NCBI GenBank assembly: GCA_976226885.1
Contig: OZ320316.1
Span: 87,792,001 to 87,856,000, forward strand
DNA length: 64,000 bases
From: Iphione sp. A-MEVVRFRX5
Taxonomy: Eukaryota
Reading direction: 5' to 3'
In this document: positions 48,846 to 60,700 of the stretch, in pieces
Numbering within the stretch: the stretch's first letter is position 1
Layout: each line of letters begins with the position of its first letter
The notes under the pieces: generated by a model
What the model was told of the DNA's origin: nothing
Seen by the model: the letters and a program-made list of their open reading frames with translations, nothing else
Database searches by the model: none
Program-made: the position numbers and the translations under genes

Positions 48846-49399
48846 TAACGAACCATTTTTAAACAGATATTTATCTTATCAAATATATGTCACCTGTAGC
48901 TTTGAAGCAATGTTTCGTTGGGTCGGTAGCTACTGAAGTTTTAAGAAAGCTCTTGTTCTTCTTGAAGTCGATATTTGTCCGTCACATATCAGAAAAACGG
49001 ACTCGAAAATCTAAGAGCAATTATTTGTTAAAACCAAGTTTTTACTTTCAAACAGCACCGAAAAAAATTCTCAGTTACCCCACTAGCCATTGAAGATTCT
49101 CCCTGCAAACTACTCTGGAACGATATTTTCCGTTTTAAATAAATGGCTATAAACGTCTCTTGGTTACTGTAAAATAATTATAATTCTTCAGGGACTAAGA
49201 AGTGCCGTGAAATTCATTAGGCCGTTTTCTACAGCTTCATCACTACGTCTACAAAACAAGCGGTATTTATGGATGGTTCGTGACACGAATGACTTGCTTG
49301 TACAATGGAATTCATTTGCCTGGATCCATACCTGGCGCCAGCCATATAAGCACGATAGCGGTCTTGGCAGGCCTGCCGGCACCTGTCTGACTGTGCCAA

Positions 49400-51000
49400 G
49401 TCTTACCTGAGAGCTAACGTCTCCGTGCATTTGGCCACAGCTTCGAACACCTTCAGGTAGAGGAACGGGTCCCTGCAGGGCGATAGGGGAGATAACAGGT
49501 AAGGCATGACTCTCTCGTTACCATGACAACGGTTGTCGAGCGAGGTATCGCCACCGACGCGACAGGGGCTGGCGGGAGTTATTGGGGCGCTCCAACTCGT
49601 CCTCCATCGGGGGCCTTGGTGTGGGATCATGGGAAAGCCATCGCCGCCACGTAGGGGGTTCGTGGTGAGAGGGTTGTGCGTTATGTGACACGCAGCCAGA
49701 GAGGGCAACGTCGCCGACATCAACTCCAGGGTGGCAGACCTGGAGAGGCTGGCCCCACTGAGCCTCACGTCAGGGCTGTCACCAGGGCCAGTCGACGAGG
49801 ACTCGCAGGAGTCCAGACCAACGGCCACCCCAAGTAGGCACTTGGGTGATGAGTCCTCGGCATTGTTCTTAATCACCCGACCGTGACCCTGCTCACCAGG
49901 ACTCAGTGGACTGTAGACGTCACTCCAGGGACAGTCCCACGACAGGGACACTGTGGGCGTGTCCTCTTCTTCGTCCTCTTCGCAGTCCTCCTCGGCGTCA
50001 GGTGACCGGGCCACAGGTGTGCTATCCCCAGACGTATTTTCGACTTCTGGGAATTCATCTGGGGATACGGTGGCCGGCGGGGTAGAGCTGAATCCCTGCT
50101 GTAGCTGGTCCACCTGTCTGTTCCAGATCGTCACCGGAGAGGTTGGAGTAAGGAGGCTTGTCCTGATGGGGGTGACGCAAGTCTGTGGATTCCTGTTGGA
50201 ATCAGTCATTTGGCACGAAAACGTCACCGTCCTATCGCTCCCTATCCCCTGTTCTTGATGGCTTCCATGCTCAAGGAACCAGGCAGGACCTTCGTCCTGG
50301 GGCAGACTCCCCTGGTTTCCATTGGGACTAGGGCTTAAGGTTACCCTGGTATTGTTATTGTCGAAAACCAGACTGTCGCGCTCCCGGTAGCCCGCCCTAC
50401 GCGACGAGGGAGCTTGGGTTCGACGCCCGCTGCGATCGGCGTGCTTGAACGAGTCCGACGGAGGTAAAGCTAGCGAGGTCTGACGTTTTTCGCATCCAGG
50501 ACCCATACTGAGACGACAACTGTACGCTATCACTGATTACTGGCGAAAGCGGTACGTATCAGGCCAGTGCGCGGCCACGCCCCTTCTGTCAACTGCCATG
50601 TCATTGGGTCCCCCGCTTGCTCGCTCGCTCGTGGGTCCTCGCTCTCCATCACCGCTCCTCTGCCAGCATGCCATTGGGTGCGTCTTACTGACGCGCGTTC
50701 TACTGGCTCAGACGCCGAGCGGGAACTCTATTGGGTAGCAGTAGCTGGCGCTCTCTCGGCGGCGGTATTACTGCTGCCAGTGGGTGAGCGCCGGCCCCAC
50801 CACGTGCCCACCTAAGCACCAAGAGGCCTATCACCGCGCGAGAAACGCTATCGTCCGCAGCAGCCGCCAGCCGCCACGGCTAGCAGGAAGAGTCCCGAGC
50901 CATCTAGGACTTCACAACCAGGGGTGGGAGGTCGGAGGTAGAATGTGGTGGTGCTGGTGGTGGCGGTGGTGGTAGGCGAAGAAAGGGGGGTGGATGGCAG
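49400..51000. promoter_or_regulatory. GC/CpG-rich island over the 5' end of the 50506 gene
   Basis: Visibly higher GC and CpG density than the AT-rich flanks; GC-box-like ggggcgtggc on minus at about 50575-50584. Confidence 0.45.
49407..50506 (-). CDS. Large (1100 nt) first or early coding exon of an unidentified Ser/Pro/Thr-rich, largely disordered protein
   Basis: By far the longest open frame in the window (376 codons). ATG at 50506 in a strong Kozak context (AGT ATG G); it ends at a near-consensus donor CTCAG|GTAAGA (phase 2). Acidic patch EEDCEEDEEED; a folded-looking end DPFLYLKVFEAVAKC. Confidence 0.75.
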
Positions 51001-52222
51001 GTCTTCGAAAAGAGGCGACAGATGAAGCTCTCTAGCTTTACTCATTGACCACCCAACTTGGCGGGGGAGAGGAAAGAATAAACCACTCAAGGCCGGACAT
51101 ATGGGAACCTTAATAAAGTAAAGTAGTCTGCACAGTATTGTAGAGTCGGCCAGGCGCAGAAGTGTTTCGTATCGCCCAATCTTTGACTAGGTAAAGCTTT
51201 CCCAATATCTAATAATCAGTAGGAAATGGCTGTCCGGGAAATTAACTTTATGGGGCAAGTTGACTTCGGGGAACGTAATAAAATCAGATAAAATCTAATC
51301 CCGAATGCAACTCATAACCATAAATAGAAGAAGACGCGTACATAGGATGCATGAGGCCACTGGGGCTACTATACAGTCTGCAGTGCGCGTGCAACGTGTA
51401 AGTTACACGGTCTAATACGGGGCGGTATCGATTGTTTATCGAAGCGAGTAAAATGCATGATGACCTTCAGACCGTAGAGCAGGCGACAGCTACAGACTTC
51501 TAATTATGTCTGAAGTAAGGGTCGTGATGAATTTTTATCAGGCTACGCGATAGTCATTAATCTGACTAGTGTTTCCATGCACGGTATTCATGTGTATCTT
51601 TTTGCGTTTGCGCCTTTGACTACGAGACGATCAATAACCAAAAGCAGCTCCACGTAGGAAAGAACGCACGGCTGAACCAGACAACTAAGGTTTTCCCCAG
51701 AACCGGTTTCGTTTAACACTTCCTTGAGACAATCCTGCGAGCGTAAAACCATCTTACTCGACAGACATATCGTCATCGCATCTTCTGGCCTCTGGATGCA
51801 TTCTGGGTGATTTACTCATCTACATATCTAAGTTTGCTTGCATCTGTACATGTAATTGGTTGTTCGGCTCGTCTCCTATCAGCCGCCACAACCCTCTGGT
51901 ATACGACACTGTTGCGATAATTAATGGGCACACCTTTACGCTTGGCTATTGATCCTCCCTTAATAGTATCTCCAGGCAAGGCTAAGCCCACAAGCCAGTG
52001 ATGTGCGTAGGAGGCCGACCGATTCCACACCAACCATCCTTTGCATCCATGGGTATCCAGGGCGAGGTTACGGGAAGCCGTGACCTTAAGACGCTCTTGC
52101 CACTTCCTCCAGCTCCTCTCCAATGCTCTAGCGCGTTGTGAGATTAGCAAGAGGTGAGACCGCCACGAGGAAGTGAAGGCAGGCGCAGACTGCTGTCCAT
52201 AAATTTACAGATTAAACTATAA

Positions 52223-52852
52223 GGCCCGGTTTCCTTACGTGCGTAGCCATGCGTGCGTTGCAGTGCGGAAAACGCACCAATTTTACTGTCATGCTTATTT
52301 CAACCAGGGGTGTTCCATACCTGCGTTGCAGTGCGTGTGCGTTGCAGCGCGGTGCCCGTTTTCGGACCCTTCCCGTAAATTTGCTGCAAACGCACTGCAA
52401 CGCACTGCTATCTGTTCATATTTGTTCACATTTGTTCACATTTGTTCACTTCTCCATGTGGATACCGCACATTTCCGCACATTTCCGCACAATGCCGTTT
52501 TTTTCCCGAATTTTTCCGCACATTTTTGCCGTTTTTCGGTCGAATTTCCATGAAATATGCCGTTTTTCGGTGCAGTTTCCATGTAATTTGCCGTGTTTTG
52601 GCCGAATTTGCGTGAAATGAGCGTTTTTCGGGACGATTTGCATGAAATTAGCCGTTTTTCGGGGGGGTTTTGCCCGTTTTCCATATTTTCCCGTCAATAT
52701 ACGCACACAAACGCACGCACCGTTACGCACTGGTTGAGGACACCCCTGTGCGTCGCCGTGCGGTAAGAGTACAACGCACACAAACGCAATGGAACGCACG
52801 CACACCCTCGCCGCACCTCACCGCACCTCGCCGCAGGTAAGGAAACCGGGCC
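52223..52852. mobile_element. PIF/Harbinger-type MITE (630 bp), young copy
   Basis: Perfect 16-bp TIR GGCCCGGTTTCCTTAC / GTAAGGAAACCGGGCC, TAA TSD (52220-22, 52853-55); long imperfect subterminal inverted repeats (tgcgttgc / gcaacgca); internal (ttgttcacat)n, (catttccgca)n and a 31-32 bp catgaaattagccgtttttcgg array. Confidence 0.9.
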
Positions 52853-55800
52853 TAACGTCGAATGCTGGCTAGTTTCCGCATATGTCATTGTGAAAGACAT
52901 TCGGACTGCAAGATTTGAACAGCCACTTAGTAGATATCACACAGAAACCAGATGAAAACAAGGAAACCGAATCTAAACTTGATGCACTGACAAAGGGATG
53001 GGTCATGGGAAATGGATAAAGTACCGGATCTAGCATCGTTACTGTATCCATTTATCCAGCAAATTATTTCCTATTATATCTTGTGTCTCTTTTACATACA
53101 TTTCGTCACCTAAACAAAATGGACTAAAACCATAGTTGTTCTTCTAACCTCTGTTAACTACACGTGCCTTAATTGAAAATTGATTTTAGAGAGAATAAAG
53201 CACGGAGCATTATGAACGGATACTTTTTCTCCAGCTGAACCCAATGGAAAAATTACTGATCCATGACACCGCATGGCTCAGAAGACCATGATTGCCAAAC
53301 ATATGGCCAGAGGTGCAGCGATTTGAACTAAACTTTTCATTAATTATTAATCACCATCTATCCCATCTTTAGCTTAATTAACTGAAATCAGGCAGGTGTG
53401 GGAATTCTATGAGAAGTAGGGAGTGTATCATTTCATAGTTACACACACTGGCTCGAAACTGAATATAAATAGAAATTCCTGGTGGACGTTCCGAGGGTAA
53501 GTACGATTCCTAGGTTGAGCGAACAAGAAGATAGAAATTATATATAAATTTTATTAAGCACGCATTAATATATACGACCCCCAGAATTATCATGTCCTCA
53601 TGCAGATATGAATATAGCCAAGTTGTGTGTTCATGTTCACGTATACGCACCAATTATGCATCAATTTTAAAAACAAAAGGTGTAAATGAATATATCGGTA
53701 ACGCCCATAATCTTCTTCAGAATAAACACGGTTAGTCCAGAAGAAATCAAAACTTTCCGAACGTTTGCAAAGATGGGACCTATCGGACGGTAATTAGAAA
53801 TTGACGATGACAGCACAATGTGGAAATGGAATTATTCGCATCATTACGTCCAGTATTGTTGGGCATTTCTTTTGACGTTCAATTACTGCAGAGGCTGCGC
53901 CGTTTATTCTCATCTCGTTTAACAATTCGAATCCAAGCCAAACGTCGCTTTCCCGAAAATAGCCATAGTTTGAAACAGAAGCTAGAGCTTACCGGTCTTG
54001 TGACGTCAAAAAGACAGACGTACAATTTCTAGAGTAATGAGTCTAGTTCTTGCAGTTTAGAATTTGGAGCGACTTAACAACCGGTAATGACAGGAGGCAC
54101 CTGAAAACGACAGAAATGGAAGCAGTCTCCGCCGTGAAACTACATTGTATTACTTTGTCTTTGTTGACGAACACACTCCAAGGCTACCCCGAAGTGAATA
54201 CGTGCCGGTGTAAGAATGGAAACGGAAGCATTACGGAAGACAATAGTGTGACATATCTTTATTTTATAGAAATTGAAGTAGGCAAACAATAGAGGTGTGC
54301 AACACGGTATACAAATACACTGATGATTATTATGGAAATTTGACGCACAGTGTCTACACGGTTCGTGGCTGTTGTGCAAGTTTGACAGCAATCGAAATAC
54401 ATCCAGTTCGGTGCGTGCAGAGAAACTGTTCGCTAGAAAAACGGTATTTGTAATTACTGGTTGTTTTGGCAGTGGAGTAGCGTTACATTCTCAACGGCCG
54501 AGGCCCTATTCACATCAACACAACACTGATGCCAAGAGGGCCGCCTGCGCGCGGCTGGGGTTTGCCGACACCTGACCATGACTACCAGCTGAACCAATAC
54601 GATACCTTACCCACCTCACTGCACCTCAGACCAGTAAGCGATCCCTCAAGGAGCGCCTGGGCAGCTGCAACACACCAAGGCCTCATCTAAAGCTTTCACT
54701 GGGGCTCTAGGCCTAATCGTCGAAGCTGATCCCTTCAGACGCCCTGGCAAACCATATGCTTTCCTTCACATGCCTGTATGTGGCATGTAAGGTCTTCTAG
54801 AAGCCACGTACACGTGAAATGAGCAATGGATAGATGAAAAAAGGATGTAGACAAAGTGAAATTTGTATCACATATGGTTTTCCCAGTAGGAAGTACACAT
54901 TTGACGAGCAAGCACTACAGGCAGAGGTAGACTTACACCAGTGACATATGCTTTCAACTAACAAGGGATCAGTGTTATCTAAATGACATTTTAACACACC
55001 AATTAGTTAACTACATGATCACCACCCAGTCAAAATCAAGGACTCAACATATTAGCCAATCTTTGTCATTGTGACTTAACTGTAGGGCATAATTAAACGT
55101 GTAACCCTTCAGACTGGTTGCTGGTCTTAGTCTAGCCGAAGATGTATTGGGTTCTTTTTATCCGTGTTAACAGTATGAATTATTGCCTCTCCCTTTTGCA
55201 CTGAAATGGTTGTACCACTGAATGCCTGTCATGTCTTAACTTCCTAGACACAATATTGTCAGCAAATGGAAAGTAACTTGCGCAGTTATCATTTGTGATA
55301 CTTGTGGCTAATGCAGGAATTGTATTTACCAGTTGATTATGGTTGGATTTGCTGGGAAATTGCTTAGTAAATGTTTTATTGTAAATAGAATTCTTACGTT
55401 TGCAGCGTTATCAAGCATATAGAAAGCACCTGTGCTAGAAGACTGCATTCCTAATGAAAATTCGTCTCCATTTTCAGATCATTCAGTGAGCAATTGTAGG
55501 ACACGACGAGAAATCTGTGATCTTGTTCACATCAAATAATTAACACAAGAAATGAATGATATATTTTTATCGCATCAAGAAATATTAGTATCGAGCGGTA
55601 AAAAAGTTATATTCAGCCAAAAATTATTACCAATTAAACTATTTTAATCTAGTCACTGACCAGAATGAAACATCTGGTATACACAATGATACAAAGGGCC
55701 CGCCCCAGTGTTAAACGTTAGTTTAAAAAACCCTTCATGTACAAAGAACACCGGATAAAGGTAGAAGATTGCATAGACACCCGCCGAGTCTGTAAGTCGG

Positions 55801-56583
55801 GCTAGCTGTCTACCGCCTCTTCAAACATTAATGTTCCAAGTGCCACTTTTCTACAGGGGACCTGTTGTTATAATGAGGTTCCCTATAAAGAGCCACAAGA
55901 AACCCTTAGCTGGGCTTGATAAAACTAATGGGCAGGAGGAGCGACGCAAGTGCACTTCGTAAGTCCTCTTAACGAAACTTGTAAGGTCTGGTAGGTGATA
56001 CATTACACTCGGGTAACAAGGCGTGTGAGTCGGGACGAAGGCAAACAGTAGAGATCGTAGCCAGAGGGGCTGTATCAATTACGCTTGACTGCTAATTTAC
56101 CATGTCTTGTAGTTGAGAATTATTACATCGAGGCATGCAAAATAAACGCGTGAAGGTAACGTCAAGTGGAAAATGCCTGTTTCCTTGAAAGTATTGAGGA
56201 TGATCTTCTGATTTCGCACATACCAAAACACTATAGTCAGACCACTTGGCGTTTCGTAACTGGTTAATATGTATCACATTTCTGGCAGCTTTTAAGGCAA
56301 AATAATGCATCTCCCGGGTAGCATTATATGAAAACTGTCTGATGAAGACGTCAATTGCACGAAGAATATTATTTCATATTAAAAGTGACAAAAAGAACGC
56401 AAACGGGTTGAACTTACTTCACAAAAAATGAGTGTTGGCGGATGTCAAAGAATGGCCTCGAATTAAGATGAGGTCTGTTGGAACAAGGAGCCATACATCT
56501 TCCCGACAATAAAAATAGGAAAAGTTTGCACAGGCAGTTCACTTGGCTTTATGTGGGAACTGCTGACCGCCAAGGAAAGCTTC

Positions 56584-57260
56584 AGAACCCGCAGTCCCAC
56601 TAAAATAGCGTGTGCTGCCTCTTAGATGTAGCAGGAAGTAGGACATATCCCTGACAGCTGCTTTGCCTCAAACATAAAATTCGTGCTTCGACGCGCTGTA
56701 TGATAAAACTGTATCGATGAATAATTATTATCCATCTCACATGACAGGCGGTGACATAAGAACGATGTCCAAATGACCGTTTCACGCTATTTCCACCACG
56801 ACCCTTCAAGGTACAGAACCTTGCATTTCGCATAGCATCTCTACACGCATGGAAAAATAGGGTTTATAAGGCTGACCTGATAGAAGCTGATGTCCACCCT
56901 GATACACAGTTGATGGGGATTTTTTCGTGTGTAAGCTCACCCATTCAAGAGTACACTTTGTGATGAACATCGATTTCTGTGGTTAGACCTATTCCTCTTA
57001 AATGGTTGAACCCAAACGGAGTTTATATTTGTAAGAGCGGTCCATAACTTGCTTGGGCGTCTATTAGATCCTCTCTCTCAGGCTTTATAAGATTCTTGAT
57101 ACTTGATAGCGAGTTTATTATTTTAGGTGACTCAGCATATACTGGAGTTGAATGTAGATGTAAAGGAAATTGTCCAAGAAATAGATTCCTATTCATAAAT
57201 AACCCGAACAAAAGTTCTTGAAAGCTACATAACCAAAATACCGTTATATGTGTTACCTAA
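56584..57260 (+). pseudogene. Decayed PIF/Harbinger (HARBI1-like, DDE_Tnp_4) transposase relic
   Basis: Ordered motif remnants: SPTKIA, LLDVAGSRTY...KIRAST (cf. LRxLATGxSY...RIGKST helix-turn-helix), SISV...N.V, GP*LA..SIRSSL at 57039 (GGT CCA TAA CTT GCT, with one-base changes at three codons from GSxHD), IILGDSAY at 57117-57140, then KLH. It has multiple stops and deletions. Confidence 0.5.
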
Positions 57261-57746
57261 AGTGGTAAGATGGTCTATGGACGATAACAACCATCTATAA
57301 CCAGCAAGTGCTACCAGGGTGCTTGATTAAAATGATGTTATTATAAATTCCAACAGAGATGTTAGCGTAAAAGAACCGCAGGTGCTCAAACATTGGTTAC
57401 TAAAACCTCGATGTTATGTGACTGCATGTGTATGTGTCGATTTATCTTATGGTCTCCCGCCACTAGTCACGTGTGAATACGAATACTAAGGACTGTAAAC
57501 GTATTTCATTTGCAACTCAAAACTTGCTCAAGCGTCTCTGTATAGCTGTATTTGACGAATTGTAACAGTTAAAGAATTGCTCACACGTCGCCAGCTTAGA
57601 CATACTGTATATGCCGACCAGCCAGACCTGGCAGCTTGCTTTTCATAGCCGATCAACCATGTCAATATTAGTCAAGTGTGTGTTACCAGTTATGTCATCA
57701 CAATTTCTCTTGGAAACCTCTGTACCGATATAGAGATAATGAATAA

Positions 57747-57765
57747 AATTGAATTGAATTGAATT
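57747..57765. repeat. (AATTG)n microsatellite
   Basis: aattgaattgaattgaatt; a similar run occurs at about 25852-25868. Confidence 0.8.
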
Positions 57766-60700
57766 AAAGTGGAAAGAAGGAAATTTAACAGTGAATCTTC
57801 AGAAAATCTATTATCAAAATATTCAATTTTGGAGATAAATGTACATAAAAATTGTTATCAATGTGTTTAGTGCAATATGCTTTAAATTTCCCCAAAGATC
57901 ATTCTACTTTTAGCTGTGCTTCATGACTACAATAACATAGTATCTACAAGTAAACGGACGCTTTTCCTTGGTCTCAATGTGCAAAGAAATTGAACCTCTA
58001 TAGGAAGGCGTTATAGGGTAATGGACTGTAGTGACAAAGGGAACCTCATGCGGCATGGATGACATTTCGTCATTAAGGTCAGTGAAGCCCCATGAGTCGC
58101 TTACTGAACGTCACAATATGACATTTGTGGTGACCGTGTACGTACGCTGCCTGATGAGGTAGTTTAGATGTTCGCTCCTCCTAAGCCACCAAAGTGTCAC
58201 CCTGGCAACGTATCCCATCAAATGGTCATGGGGCTCACCTTTGGGCCACTGCTGGTCCTAAGCCCCTCGGGTAACTCACTGGGATTGTCTGCTGAGCCGA
58301 ATGCGCTGCTCTTCCAATCGTCTTTGTCTATGAATGTCATACATCAATGGTGGTGTTGTGCTCCAGTATGCTACTGTCTAATTCCGCTCCAGAAAATACC
58401 ACACCAAAACAAGGAGATGTACTAATCGTGAAGAACTCTCAGGACCCTGTTTTAATGGTGGTAGTTTTACCAAAGGCCATTTTCTTTCATTACTTGAACA
58501 AGGCTTGACCTTCTTGCGGGGCTTTATGGTTCCCCTGCCGAACCTTAAGAAGCGATTCGTGGATGTGGCCTGACTACCTCCCAACCGCCAGAAGGTTCTA
58601 CACCTCATTCTATACAATAGAAGTGAAAACAAAAAACAATTGCAAAGGGACAATAAAGACGATTTCCTCTATGTAATTTAACTGTCGCAGGCCGTCGCCA
58701 TGGAAACACTGATGGAATTATGGTAAGCATTTAGGATAATGAGCCCTTCCAGTCACCTGAGCAAAGCTGAAGGTCAACCTGAGGGTAGCAATAGGTCGGG
58801 GCAATCAGCCAGCAGCAATAACCATGGCATAAACGTACATGGAAACCCAATCAAGCCATGGCAGAAATAAAGTCGGGGTCACGCTCTATCATCTAGCACC
58901 TCATTCAGCTGGCGTAGGCACGTCCAATGGGGGTAACGCATCGGCGTTCTCGTCTGAATCATCACGGACCCCTGGTAATTCATACCAGCTGCCGTCGTAA
59001 TAAGCAGGCGTTACGCACGCGAAAAAAAATTCCTCCACTCTTCTAGGAGGATGTTAAAATCTTGTCTTCACCCGCTGGTAAGTCAAGCCATATCCGGTCG
59101 GTTTAGCGCGGCGCCGGTCTTGTTAAGATGCTATCCGCGGGAAGCCTAATTAAGAGCTTTTCCTCAATTAACTCCGCATCGTTAGCTGGAAGTATGGAAG
59201 GGGAAACCGTCGGACAGACCGGCGTGCTTTACCGACCCTGGAGAGCACCCGCCTACCTTGAACATCGTACGGATCACAGCTACGTGTCGAACGCAGCGTG
59301 TTTTACCTTTAAAATCTGGCGACCGTCGTTTCAGAAGCCATATTTCACTCCTGCCCTCCCGCGGCAGAACCCATAATTACGTCCGCCGGGCAAATGAGGG
59401 CCGTGGGATCCTGGCTGAATGAGGACATCTTTACTTCCAACACATCGGCTATGGCTCAGATGATCGCTCCAATTTGTCATACCACGAGCGCAGCTTGTAG
59501 ATAGGCAGTCAGACTGAAACACCGACCTTACATCACAATAAATCTGTCCTACTGTTTCGGTAACAGACATCCCACAGTGTACCAGTGTATACGAACACGT
59601 TTATGCACTTGCTCCAATGCATTTCCTACATAAACTTTCTCCAAATCCTTTTACAAAAATTAAGTCTCCGTGAGGCAGTATCAAAAGGCCACGTATCTTT
59701 CGAGAATCGTATCACGTTGTCTTTTGGTCATATTGAGGTTAAACATTAACAATACATATCACGCCAGGAAAAATGATGTATAATACAACTGGAGCAGTCT
59801 AACTCCAATCAATACCAATATCTCTTCATCCAGATCTTTCAAATCACGTCTACCGGCCTGTGTTATCCAACGTTACATCACGGTTTTAATCATCGACTGC
59901 CTGTGACATTTTGGCTTCCATTATTTCCCTACTTTTCGAGTCTTGCTGCTATACCAGCCACGTCTCTTCTGTTTTATTGATGCCCCTATCATTTGGTCTG
60001 ATCTAGAGCTCACTAGTCGTCCGTGGATTCTCTACGCACCGCAAAATCATTATGATTTTAATAGGATTTGTAAAAGCGCTCATCGAATCATCCTTGGAAT
60101 CTCTTCGTGCAGGTATAAAATCTACGGGGTGGGAAGGATCATGACGCGATTGTGATGTCTCGGCGCTCATTTCTAATTGCTAACTCATACATCGACGAAA
60201 CATCCTGTTGAGAACTCACCATCGTTAAACTGCACTCACGTCTCTTGTCTAGTACAGCTGCACAGCTTACACATGTATAGGATTACTAAACACTAGGGAA
60301 AGAATGCGGTGTCACGTTAGTTGCAAATGTTAGCGATGTTAGAAATGCCACAGGCGACCTCTTTTTCAAAGGCGCTCCTCTGTTCCGGCTAATCGTTGGT
60401 TGGCGCAGGCACGCTGTGCCGAGGTGTTCTGTGGTGGAGATGGTGAACGTGCGATGATATTCTAAGTAGCCATTATGCGCTGACTAGCCCAGATCAGCGC
60501 ATCGAATGGCCGCCTAACCCACTGGCTTCATCAATTGGCAACCATCATAAAACATCGCCCAGAGCAGGCTCCTTAGACATGCAGGACGTGCACGAAATAC
60601 TTTTAATTGTCTCACAGAATTAACACCGTGTGCTCTTGTTGCACGATGTTGACCGACAGAATTAAGACGTTTCCTGAAATGGCCATAGGACAGTTAACTC

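Noticed and set aside
52212-52900. Five overlapping 62-123 aa ORFs
   Set aside because: All lie within the non-coding Harbinger-type MITE and arise from its internal repeats.
54140-54575. YYFVFVDEHT (integrase-like) and AACARLGF (SRCR-like) peptides
   Set aside because: Single isolated motifs with none of the neighbouring conserved residues at the expected spacing.
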